Position numbers and translations under genes: made by a program. Below are positions 19,496 to 29,017 of a stretch of DNA of 64,000 bases, in pieces (the first letter of the stretch is position 1; the number at the start of each line of letters is the position of its first letter). This DNA comes from an uncultured Verrucomicrobiae bacterium. GTDB lineage: Bacteria; Verrucomicrobiota; Verrucomicrobiia; Chthoniobacterales; Chthoniobacteraceae. The notes beneath the pieces are model-generated. The model had not been told where the DNA came from. It worked only from the letters and a program-made list of their open reading frames with translations, and did no database searches. The DNA is taken from positions 128,001 to 192,000 of the forward strand of contig CAWHEP010000011.1 in assembly GCA_963828525.1 (NCBI GenBank), written 5' to 3'.

Positions 19496-21914
19496 ATGCC
19501 TTCCAAGTCCGACCTCCATATCCATTCCCGCTTTAGCGACCGCTCCGCCGAGTGGTTCTTTCGCCGGTTCGAGTTCCCGGATAGCTACTCCGATCCCTCT
19601 GAACTTTACGTGAAGCTAAAGGAGCAGGGGATGGACTTCGTGACCATCACGGACCACAACCGCATCGAAGGTTGTCTGGAGATTGCGGATAAACCGGGTG
19701 CATTCATCAGCGAAGAAGTCAGCACCACGTTTCCCGAGGACCGCTGCCAGGCGCATCTGCTTGTTTGGGACATCACCGAGCAGCAGCATCGCGAGATCCA
19801 GGGCCTGCGCGAAAACATCTATGATCTTCAGAAATACCTCATGGCCTCGGAGATCGCCCATTCCGTCGCTCATCCTTTGTATAGACTCGATGATCGGCTT
19901 GCGCCCGCTCACATCGAAAAGTTGATCCTCCTTTTCAAGTGCTTTGAAGGGTTAAATGGCCTTCGCGATTCACTCTTCAGCGATGTCGCCCAATATGTCA
20001 TGGGCAACCTCACTCCCGCCAAAATCACGGAACTCGCCGAACGGCACCACATCGAGCCCACCCATGCCGAGCCATGGAGGAAGATACTCACCGCCGGCTC
20101 CGATGACCACGGGGGGATTGTTTGTCGCCTCCGCTTTTACGGAGACGGAAACCGCCGCGACCCCGCGGATTTTCTCGCAAAAAGTCGCAGCGGGGCGAAT
20201 GCCGGACCGCAAGGGAGGGGAGGGAGCTCCCTCGCGTTTTCCCACAGTCTCTATAACACCATCTACGGGTTCCTTCAGGAGAAGGTCTTCAAGAGCGCCA
20301 AGCACAAAAAGAACGCCGGTGGCTTGGCCGAGAAAGTCTTTTCCCGCTTCATGGAAGGCCGGGATCCCACCGAGTTTAGCATCGGTGAGAAGATCGGGTT
20401 TGTGGCGCAGGGCGTCATGTCGGGGAAAATATTCGAGCTGGCGAAACCGGCAAACGCTTCGATCTGGAAACAGTTCTCCACTTATTTCGCGGAGACCGAC
20501 GTTCGGGCGCTCCTCGCCACACAGACGAGCGGAGTTGCCGAGCCGGAACGGCGCGCTTTTCATATCGCGAACCTTTTCGCCAACCAGCTCGCTTTTCGCT
20601 TCTTCACGAAATTCGTGAAGGAACTTTCTTCAGGCAATCTTATCGGCAGCATCCAGGACATCAGCACACTGGTGCCGATCCTTTTGACACTGAGTCCCTA
20701 CATGTACTCGTTCCATAGCCAGGCGCCCTCCCGCCGCTGGCTGAGGGAACTTTGCCTGTCTATCACGGGCGGCATGCCCCTCGCTCTCAGAAATCGCAAA
20801 CGCGCTTGGTTTACCGACACTTTGGAAGACGTAAACGGTGTCGCTACCACGATCCGCAAGATGACGGCGGCGGGCGTGGCTGCCGGCGAAGAGTTGGTGG
20901 TAGTCACCTCCCGCGCCAACATCCAGATCACTGGCGTGCCGATCAAGAATTTTGCGCCCATCGGCGAGTTCGAACTTCCTGAGTATGAGCTCCAAAAACT
21001 CAGTTTCCCTCCCATATTGGAGATGCTGGACTACATCCAGCGGGAGCACTTTACCGAGTTGATTATCAGCACTCCTGGCCCGATCGGGCTCACGGCTCTC
21101 CTTGCCGCCAAAACATTCGGCCTCCGCGCGAGCGGGATCTACCATACAGATTTCCCCCAGTATATCCGCATCCTTACCGAGGACAGCTTCCTTGAGACGC
21201 TGACCTGGAACTACATGCACTGGTTCTACTCGCAACTCGACCACATCTTCGTTAATTCCGAAGTGTATCGGCGATGTTGGGTGGATCGCGGCATTGATCC
21301 CGCGAAGATCAGCATCTTTCCTCGCGGTCTGGATTTGGTGCTGTTTGATCCCGCCCGCCGTTCCAGCGCTTTCTGGCCGCAATTTGGCATTCCCGGAGGG
21401 CGGGTTGTCCTGCTGTATGTGGGCCGCATATCGAAAGAAAAAGGCCTGGAAGTTCTGGCTGCCGCCTACCGGAAGCTTCGCGACGGCGGTTTCCCCGTTG
21501 CGCTCGCTTTTGTGGGAGATGGGCCCTATCTGAAGGAACTCAAAGAGATAGTTCCTGACGCCTGCTTCACCGGCTATTTGGAGAGCACCCGCCTCGCTGA
21601 AGCTTTTGCCTCCGCCGACATATTCATGTTCCCGAGTACCACGGACACATTTGGAAATGTGGTCCTCGAAGCGCTTGCTTCCGGGTCTTCCAGCCATCGT
21701 CTCCGACCAAGGTGGCCCGAAGGAGTTGATACAGTCCGGCCACACCGGCTTCATTACAAAGGCTCTGGATATTGATGACTTCACTAATGCGACCCGCAGA
21801 CTCCTCGAGGATCCTAGGCTGCGGAGCGCGATGGCGGCCAATGCCCGCCAAACTGTGAAGACACGCGATTGGGCCGTGGCATTCGAAAAGTTCTGGGCCG
21901 CATCACCGGACTAG
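19496..21914 (+). CDS. PHP-domain plus GT4 glycosyltransferase fusion; compensating indels at about 20111-20205 and a frameshift near 21685
   Basis: DLHIHS, TITDHN, GSDDHGG (PHP); YVGRISKEKG, DTFGNVVLEA (GT4); C-terminus GLPAIVSDQGGP lies in ORF 21606..21914. Confidence 0.88.
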
Positions 21915-21966
21915 AATGAACTACACCCTGCACCCGCGCTTCTGCGGTTTACCGCATTGAAATTCC

Positions 21967-23304
21967 ATGGCCGCCACAAAAATCCTGATCTTAGGCGGGG
22001 GTTCGCCGGTGTTTACACCGCGCTGTATTTGGACCGCCATTTCGCTCCCTCGGAAGACATCCAGGTTACGCTCGTTAGCGATAACAACTTCCTTCTATTC
22101 ACACCCATGCTTCACGAGGTCGCCGCAAGTGACCTCGACCCCACCCACATCGTCATTCCTTTGCGCCGCATCCTCAAGCGCGACGTCGTGTATCAGGGCA
22201 CGTAAATTCGATCGATCTCGCCGGGCCCGCCGCGCGGGCATCTCCTATGGCCTGGCGGCCCGGGAACGCGTCTTCGCCTACGATCATCTCGTCATCGCGC
22301 TCGGCAGCGAAACCAACTTCTTTAACATCGAAGGCTTGGAAGACCGCGCCATGACGATGAAAAGCCTCACGGACGCCATTTTCCTGCGCAACCGGATCCT
22401 GGCCGCGCTTGAGAACGCCAGCGTCGAAGAGGATGAAGGCATGCGGCGGGCGTTGCTTACGTTCGTCGTTGCAGGCGGTGGATTCGCTGGAGTTGAGACT
22501 ATCGGGGCCGTCAACGATTTCGTTCGCGACGCTCTGAAGTTCTACCCCTCTCTTTCCGAATCTCTCCTTCGGATCATCCTCGTTCATCCCCAGGAGGTCA
22601 TCCTCCCCGAGTTGGGTGAACCTCTAGGCCGCTACGCCGCTCGCAAGCTCGCGGAACGCAAGGTCGAGATCATCACCAACACTAAAGTGAGCGGTTACAC
22701 CGGTGACGCGGTGCAGCTCAGCACAGGTGTTTCCATCCCGGCAGAGACACTCATTTGGACCACCGGCGTCGTCCCTCATAAGATCCTGCAAACCCTTCCT
22801 TGTGAAAAGGAGAAGGGCCGGATCAAGGTCGATGAAACGCTTGCTGTGCCCGGGTTCCCGGGCGTGTGGGCTCTCGGTGACTGCGCGAGCGCGATTGATC
22901 CCGACACGGGTCGTCCATATCCTCCGACGGCGCAGCATGCCCTCCGGCAGGGCACTCACACGGGCAAGAATATAGCCGCTACTCTCGCGCGCGTTTCGCT
23001 GACTCCCTTCAAATACAAAATGCTGGGACAACTCGCCGCCATCGGTCACAGGACGGGTGTCGCAAACATTTTGGGAGTTAACTTCTCCGGGTTCGTCGCT
23101 TGGTGGATGTGGCGCACGATCTACCTTGCCAAGTTGCCAGGATTTGAAAAGAAACTGCGGGTTGCCCTCGACTGGACCTTGGACCTCCTCTTCTCAAAAG
23201 ACCTTGTTCAGATCGTGACCCTTCGCGGCATCCGCCAAATTTCACGCCGTTATACGCGCGCCGAAGCTTCGATACCCGTGCCATCCCAGACTCCCAAGCT
23301 TTAG
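21967..23304 (+). CDS. ndh: Type II NADH dehydrogenase-like FAD oxidoreductase; N-terminal part frameshifted (about 22000-22235)
   Basis: KILILGGG then FAGVYTA...LFTPMLHEVA in the alternate frame; VVAGGGFAGVE, ALGDCA, PPTAQHA. Confidence 0.9.
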   Translation: MAATKILILGGGSPVFTPRCIWTAISLPRKTSRLRSLAITTSFYSHPCFTRSPQVTSTPPTSSFLCAASSSATSCIRARKFDRSRRARRAGISYGLAARERVFAYDHLVIALGSETNFFNIEGLEDRAMTMKSLTDAIFLRNRILAALENASVEEDEGMRRALLTFVVAGGGFAGVETIGAVNDFVRDALKFYPSLSESLLRIILVHPQEVILPELGEPLGRYAARKLAERKVEIITNTKVSGYTGDAVQLSTGVSIPAETLIWTTGVVPHKILQTLPCEKEKGRIKVDETLAVPGFPGVWALGDCASAIDPDTGRPYPPTAQHALRQGTHTGKNIAATLARVSLTPFKYKMLGQLAAIGHRTGVANILGVNFSGFVAWWMWRTIYLAKLPGFEKKLRVALDWTLDLLFSKDLVQIVTLRGIRQISRRYTRAEASIPVPSQTPKL

Positions 23305-23472
23305 TAAACTGCGCACTCTGCGCGCAGGCGGGAGCGGCGGTCAAACTTGCTCAATACGTCGGCATCTTTTTGATCAAGCTGTTCATTTGGATACATCCAA
23401 AAACCAACCTCTTAGGATCAATACAAGTGTAAGTTACTGCGGGCAAGGCTTTTGTGATTTACGCGGATGTTG

Positions 23473-23488
23473 TGGCATATCCGATGCT
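23473..23488 (+). promoter_or_regulatory. Candidate sigma54 (-24/-12) promoter of raiA
   Basis: TGGCATATCCGATGCT: GG-N10-GC spacing, 33 nt before ATG 23522. Confidence 0.55.
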
Positions 23489-23521
23489 ATTCCGACTGCT
23501 CCGGAAGGAAACATTGATAAA

Positions 23522-23893
23522 ATGCACATACATATAATTCCACTCCGGTTTCAACTAAACGATCCGATTCGCTCTTTTGCGTTGGACAAGCTCCAGCACC
23601 TGGACGCAATTACGGATGCCATCAGCGCAGCGCGGGTGACACTGTCTCGCGACAATGCCGCCGAACCGTCCCGCCGGTTCACGGCGAAGGTGCGGCTCTC
23701 CATTCCGGGGAAAGCCGTCCATGCCAGTGAAACTTCGTCGGATCTCTACGTTGCTCTGGATGAGGTTCAGAGCAAATTGGCGCGTCAATTGCGCAAGCGC
23801 AAAACACGCTTGGGCCAATTCGCGGCGCATGAGCGCGCAGGCCGTCGCAAAAAGATGCGGCTCGCCGAAATCGAGCAACTGCTTGCCGCATAG
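23522..23893 (+). CDS. raiA: Ribosome hibernation factor HPF/RaiA
   Basis: HASETSSDLYVALDEVQSKLARQLRKRK; AAGGA Shine-Dalgarno-like sequence before ATG 23522. Confidence 0.9.
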   Translation: MHIHIIPLRFQLNDPIRSFALDKLQHLDAITDAISAARVTLSRDNAAEPSRRFTAKVRLSIPGKAVHASETSSDLYVALDEVQSKLARQLRKRKTRLGQFAAHERAGRRKKMRLAEIEQLLAA

Positions 23894-23977
23894 CGGTCTG
23901 GCGCGACGCCGAAATGCGTTAGCGATACGCCCGCGGCGCGGGTAGGTTGCATCGGGTGGACCGAATCCGCCGCGCTT

Positions 23978-25579
23978 CTACTCCGCCGCAGCCTTCTCGG
24001 CTCCTATGCCTGTATGAGCCCGCACCAGCATCTCCGAGTATTTCGATTCGGCCGCAGGCTCGCGGGTCAACAGTGAACCAAGGAACGCTCCCAGAAATCC
24101 CAGTGGAATACTTACGATGCCGGGGTTCGCCAGCGGGAAGATTGCTTCGCGCTGGATGAAATGCCTCGCCGTCGGCAGGACGGTGGCCGCGTCGATTCCC
24201 ATGATGCTGGGACTGATCAGAATGAGCGTGATAGACGCAAGCAAACCAGTGGCGAGGCCGATGACAGCGCCGCCTGTATTAAACCGCCGCCAATAGAGTG
24301 ACAGGATAACCACGGGTAGATTCGCCGATGCCGCGACCGCGAACGCCAGGCCCACGAGAAACGCGACGTTTGCGTTCTTTAACACGATGGCCAATCCGAT
24401 GGAGACCACACCAACCACCAGGGCGGTGATCCTCGCCACAAGCACCTCTTCATCCTTGCTCTGCTCTTTGCCTCCATGAACGATGTTCGTCCAAATATCA
24501 TGCGCGAAGGAAGTCGAGGCGCTGATGGTTAACCCCGCCACAACTGCCAGGATGGTGGCGAACGCAATCGCCGAGATGAACGCGAAAAAAACGTCCCCCG
24601 CTACTATCTTGGCCAGCAGCGGCGCGCTCATGTTTGTGCCGCCATTCTTGATGATGTAGTCCTTTCCTACCAGCGTCGCGGCGCCGAAACCGAGGAAGGT
24701 CGTCATGATGTAGAAAGTCCCGATCAGAACCATCGCCCAGATCACGCTGGTGCGGGCCGCTTTCGCGTCCGGCACTGTGTAGAAGCGGACCAGGATATGG
24801 GGCAATCCTGCTGTTCCGAAAACGAGCGCCATTCCCAGCGAGATGAGATCAAGGGAGCCATACCCTTTGCCGTATAGAATCCCAGGCTCCAGGAAGTTTT
24901 TGGTGACGGGATGTCCGAGCACAGTGTACTTGACCATGGTCACAGCGGTGAAAAATTCCGTCAGGCTGAAGTGGAACTTTGCGAGCACCAGCACGCTCAG
25001 CAGGAACGTCCCCGCCATGAGCAGTATGGCTTTAATAATCTGCACCCACGTAGTCGCGAGCATTCCGCCGAAGATCACGTAAACAATCATCAGCGCGCCG
25101 ACTCCTATTACCGCCTCGTTGTAGGAAATGTTGGAGTCTTTAAGCAGCAGCGAAACGAGTGTCCCCGCGCCAACCATCTGCGCGATCATATAAAACGTGC
25201 TCACTGTTAGAGTGCTCAATGAAGCCATCGCCCGCACAGGGCGCGGGCTGAGTCGGAACGCGAGTACATCAGCCATGGTGTATTTGCCCGCGTTGCGGAG
25301 CGGTTCGGCCACTACAAGCAGCACGGTGAGGTAAGCGACGAGAAATCCCACCGAGTACATGAAACCGTCGTACCCATTGAAAGCGATGAGGCCCGCGATC
25401 CCCAGGAACGAGGCCGCGCTCATGTAATCGCCCGCGACGGCTATGCCATTTTGCCATCCGGTGATCCGGCGATTCGCCGCGAAGTAGGAGTTCGCGCCGC
25501 TGGATTGGCGGGCGGCCCAGCCCGTAATCGCCAGCGTGATGGCGATGAACACCAGAAACATGACGAGAGGTGTGGTCAT
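23978..25579 (-). CDS. actP: Cation/acetate symporter (SSS family)
   Basis: QNGIAVAGDYMSAASFLG, GTAGLPHILVRFYTVP, FATILAVVAGL. Confidence 0.92.
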   Translation of the reverse strand: MTTPLVMFLVFIAITLAITGWAARQSSGANSYFAANRRITGWQNGIAVAGDYMSAASFLGIAGLIAFNGYDGFMYSVGFLVAYLTVLLVVAEPLRNAGKYTMADVLAFRLSPRPVRAMASLSTLTVSTFYMIAQMVGAGTLVSLLLKDSNISYNEAVIGVGALMIVYVIFGGMLATTWVQIIKAILLMAGTFLLSVLVLAKFHFSLTEFFTAVTMVKYTVLGHPVTKNFLEPGILYGKGYGSLDLISLGMALVFGTAGLPHILVRFYTVPDAKAARTSVIWAMVLIGTFYIMTTFLGFGAATLVGKDYIIKNGGTNMSAPLLAKIVAGDVFFAFISAIAFATILAVVAGLTISASTSFAHDIWTNIVHGGKEQSKDEEVLVARITALVVGVVSIGLAIVLKNANVAFLVGLAFAVAASANLPVVILSLYWRRFNTGGAVIGLATGLLASITLILISPSIMGIDAATVLPTARHFIQREAIFPLANPGIVSIPLGFLGAFLGSLLTREPAAESKYSEMLVRAHTGIGAEKAAAE

Positions 25580-25582
25580 GAT

Positions 25583-26002
25583 CTACTTGCCTCCTTGAAC
25601 ATTGTTGATGACCTCTTGCGCCATCCTGTCATGCCCCGCCGCGGCTTTCACATAAAGTGCCGCGATGATCCATGCCATGAAGAACTGCGAAAGCGCGAAC
25701 AGGTAGGCGAGATTCACCACCCCCAGCACCTTCGTCTCCATTAGATGAGGTTTGTAACCCACCAGGATCAGCAGCGCAAAATAGTACACGATGAAGAAGA
25801 TGACCGCGGGGATGATAAAGGCGGCTTTCTTTTTGAGCAGCGCCGTAAATGCCCTGCTGGCAGCCACCCGATCCCAATCAACGGCCGCGCAGCCTTCTCC
25901 GGCTGGGCGCTCATGCGCGAGCTTGAGGTTTCCTGTGCCGAGAGGAGCCACGTCTGTGGGAGCTCCGACGAGGGGAGTGAGATCGCCTGGATTGGGGTTC
26001 AT
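25583..26002 (-). CDS. DUF485 (YjcH-like) partner of ActP
   Basis: Two TMs, NLAYLFALSQF; usual position upstream of actP. Confidence 0.88.
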   Translation of the reverse strand: MNPNPGDLTPLVGAPTDVAPLGTGNLKLAHERPAGEGCAAVDWDRVAASRAFTALLKKKAAFIIPAVIFFIVYYFALLILVGYKPHLMETKVLGVVNLAYLFALSQFFMAWIIAALYVKAAAGHDRMAQEVINNVQGGK

Positions 26003-26065
26003 CCCGGCAAGATGGACAAGTCAGCCCCCCAAGTCGATTCCAAAAATCCCGGGGTATGATGTACC

Positions 26066-26234
26066 TGTTGACTCATAGGTTGTGACATTGGCTGGGTGAA
26101 GAGAAGTTGAAGGGGAGAGTGGGACGTCGACTCAAAAAGGATGACACCGGCCATGCAAGGAGATGCCGATGAGTCAAAGAATCAGACAAGAGATGCTGCC
26201 CCGACTGCAGCAGCGGTATGCGCGCAGAGGTCGG
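26066..26234 (+). mobile_element. Left-end remnant of an IS (DDE integrase-core type transposase), truncated
   Basis: Two GACTCA-N7-TGACA repeats (26070, 26129), then MPMSQRIRQEMLPRLQQRYARRGR from 26163, which resembles such transposase N-termini. Confidence 0.55.
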
Positions 26235-26262
26235 TGGAAGAGGGGTATTTCGTCAGGACAGT

Positions 26263-26505
26263 TCAAAAGCGGAAGCGATTGTAATCCTCGTGCGTTCCGA
26301 TCCAGAACCATGCGATGATCTTTCCTTCGCGCGGTAATGATCGCGATGCGGACGACGCAAGCACCGTTCCTGCGTTCCTCGAATTTCAGGGACGAGTGGT
26401 GTGGCTCTTTCTTCCAAAGGGCGTATTCTCACGCGCCAATTTTTGGACCCCATCGGGAAGCGCCTCAAAGTGTTTCCAGAATCGCCGATTCGTTTTGCCG
26501 ATCAC
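26263..26505 (-). pseudogene. ParE/RelE-like toxin, frameshifted
   Basis: MIGKTNRRFWKHFEALPDGVQKLARE / YALWKKEPHHSSLKF / IAWFWIGTHEDYNRF spread across frames. Confidence 0.75.
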
Positions 26506-26705
26506 GGCAATTCCTCAAACCGCCCCGCCCGGATATCTGCCCCGACTTCCTCAATTACCGAGTGCAAGCATCCACCTTCGGAAAAATCCGCGTCGATCTC
26601 ACGATCCCAAGCAGCGTTCTCACGCTCCCGAATAAACGATGCCAAATCGGCCAAATCCTTCGGCGAAAGCTCACCCACCGCGGTTTTGATTTCAGCCAGG
26701 CTCAC
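26502..26705 (-). CDS. Putative antitoxin of the ParE-like toxin
   Basis: MSLAEIKTAVGELSPKDL...WDREIDADF; GTGA overlap with the toxin start. Confidence 0.75.
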   Translation of the reverse strand: MSLAEIKTAVGELSPKDLADLASFIRERENAAWDREIDADFSEGGCLHSVIEEVGADIRAGRFEELP

Positions 26706-26779
26706 GCGAAGGAAACTTACGCAGCTACCTGCTTGAATGCAACCACCGTTCTGCCCGCTGCGGTAGGCTTGATCTCTCG

Positions 26780-26975
26780 TTAGCGTGCCGAATCCTTCGG
26801 CTGCTGAAGCGCCCGGTAATGGGCAAACAACGCTTGCGCATTGCTGGGGTGGCCCATCTCAGCAGCCGTCAACGTCGCGTTCCTGTGGCGGCCAAAATGA
26901 TACGAAGCTGTGCCGCCTCCCGTTGTCCGGCCATTTGCACGCCTCGCTGCCTTCCGCGCCGCGTCCAGTGCCAAC
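26780..26975 (-). pseudogene. C-terminal fragment of a tyrosine recombinase/phage integrase
   Basis: LDAARKAA / KWPDNGRRHSF / SYH...AAEMGH...LFAHYR across frames (box II RH..., GH, catalytic Y). Confidence 0.7.
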
Positions 26976-27133
26976 GTCACGGAGCGGCCTCTATCCGCGG
27001 CTTTTCGGGAAGCCAACGCCCTTGCTCCCGGCGTTTTCCGTTCGATCCGTTTCTGCTCCGCTTCGGTTTCGACCTTTGTCCCGTAGAAGGATCCATTCGA
27101 CTCCTAATCCTGCCAAGCGATCAGTGCGCTCCG

Positions 27134-28954
27134 CTACCCCTGCACAGCTCCCTTGCGACGCAACGCCTCCTCCATCGCAAGATCCACCAGCAGCGTCGCG
27201 AGTTCCTGTGTTCCCTCATCGAGCGCGGCGTTTGCCTTCTTCAAACGTTGCGTGTCGACGCTGGCGATGGACGCGCGCACTTCGTCGGCAAGCGTCTGGA
27301 TAACGCTTCTCTGGTGGCTGTCCAGCTTGTCATTCGCGATGCTCAACGCGTGAGCGACCGCGGCAAGCATCTCCGCGCCTTTCAGCCGCGCCTCGGTGAG
27401 GATGCGCTCGTTCATGTCCTCAAAAGCGTGGTCCACAGATTCTGACACCATCTGCTCCACCGCGGCATCAGAGACATCCACGGCGCTCTGGATCTTCACC
27501 GTTTTTTCGACCCCCGTTTTGGTGTCCCGCGCGAGCACATTCAATATGCCATTGGCATCAATCTCGAATTGAACGCCGACTCTGGCCTGCCCTTTTGGGC
27601 CGGGATCAAAGTCGAGATCGAACTGCCCGAGCGCCCAGTTGTCGCGAGCCATCTCGCGTTCCCCTTGAAGCACTTTTATGCGCATGGACTCCTGGTTCGG
27701 CAGCGCGTTGGTAAACATCTCTCCAGCTTTCAGAGGGATTGTCGAATTGCGCGGTATGATGACATTCATTAATCCGCCGAAGGTTTCTATTCCCAACGAC
27801 AGCGGGGTCACATCAAGAAGGACTACATTATGAACCGAGCCTTCCAGAACGCCGGCCTGGATCGTCGCGCCAATAGCGACGGCTTCATCTGGATTCTGAC
27901 TTGTGTTCGGCTCCCGCTGGAAAATTTCGCCGACGAGGGCGCGGACAATAGGCATTCGGGTTGAGCCGCCGACGAGAACGACCTGATCCAGATCGGCGGG
28001 TGACAGGCGCGCGTCCATCAGCGCTCGCAGACAGTGTTCGCGAGTCCGGGAGATCACCGGAGCAGCGATCCTGTCGAGGTCGGCGCGGGTGACGGAACAC
28101 GAAAAGCTGCGACCCTCCTGGGCGAATGGCAGGTCCACGGTGGTTTGCAATTCATCGGAAAGACGGTGTTTCGCCTTGATGGCGCTCTCGCGCAGCCGCG
28201 ATTGGAAGATGAGATCGCGCGCGCCATGTGAAGCCTCGCCTGATGAGTCAAACCGCGCGATCAGCAAAGCCATCAAAGCTTCATCGATGTCATCTCCGCC
28301 CAACCGCGTGTTTCCATGCGTCGCAAGCACGTGGAAAACGCCCTTGTCCAATTCCAGGAGCGAGATGTCAAACGTGCCACCGCCGAGATCGAAAACGGCG
28401 ATCCGCGCTTTCTCTGAAAGCTTGTCGAGTCCGTAGGCCATCGCAGCCGCAGTTGGCTCATTGACGATGCGCTCCACGACAAAGCCGGCAATCTCACCGG
28501 CCGCCTTGGTTGCCTGCCGCTGGGCGTCGTTAAAGTACGCGGGCACGGTGATCACGGCGCGCGTGATCGTCTGTTCCATCGCGCGCTCGGCATCCTGCTT
28601 CAGTTTACGAAGGATCAATCCCGAAATACTCTCTGGCGAATGCCTCGCGCCATGGATGCCGATTGAGATCGGCTCACCCGTGGCGCCGGCGATGGAGTAG
28701 GGAACCCCGGCGATCTCCACTTCTCCCACCCGCCTCCCCATGAAACGCTTCACCGAAAATACGGTTTCAGCGGGACGCGTGATCCGCATGCGGTTTGCCG
28801 CCTGTCCGACGAGAGGTTCGCCGTGTTCCGGAAAATGAACGACAGAGGGCGTGAGGCGTTCGCCGCCGTCGGCAATCAACACGGGAAATCCCGCGTCCAT
28901 CACGCCTATCAGAGAATTTGTGGTGCCAAGGTCAATTCCGGCAATCAGAGACAT
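27134..28954 (-). CDS. Hsp70-family chaperone (HscA/DnaK paralog)
   Basis: GIDLGTTNS, TVPAYFNDAQRQAT, DLGGGTFD, VGGSTRMP, LLDVTPLSLG. Confidence 0.93.
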   Translation of the reverse strand: MSLIAGIDLGTTNSLIGVMDAGFPVLIADGGERLTPSVVHFPEHGEPLVGQAANRMRITRPAETVFSVKRFMGRRVGEVEIAGVPYSIAGATGEPISIGIHGARHSPESISGLILRKLKQDAERAMEQTITRAVITVPAYFNDAQRQATKAAGEIAGFVVERIVNEPTAAAMAYGLDKLSEKARIAVFDLGGGTFDISLLELDKGVFHVLATHGNTRLGGDDIDEALMALLIARFDSSGEASHGARDLIFQSRLRESAIKAKHRLSDELQTTVDLPFAQEGRSFSCSVTRADLDRIAAPVISRTREHCLRALMDARLSPADLDQVVLVGGSTRMPIVRALVGEIFQREPNTSQNPDEAVAIGATIQAGVLEGSVHNVVLLDVTPLSLGIETFGGLMNVIIPRNSTIPLKAGEMFTNALPNQESMRIKVLQGEREMARDNWALGQFDLDFDPGPKGQARVGVQFEIDANGILNVLARDTKTGVEKTVKIQSAVDVSDAAVEQMVSESVDHAFEDMNERILTEARLKGAEMLAAVAHALSIANDKLDSHQRSVIQTLADEVRASIASVDTQRLKKANAALDEGTQELATLLVDLAMEEALRRKGAVQG

Positions 28955-29017
28955 TTGAAGGGAAGGACGCTTGTTTAGGAGAAAACACAACTCCTGGTTT
29001 CAGTAGATCCTGCCGCG

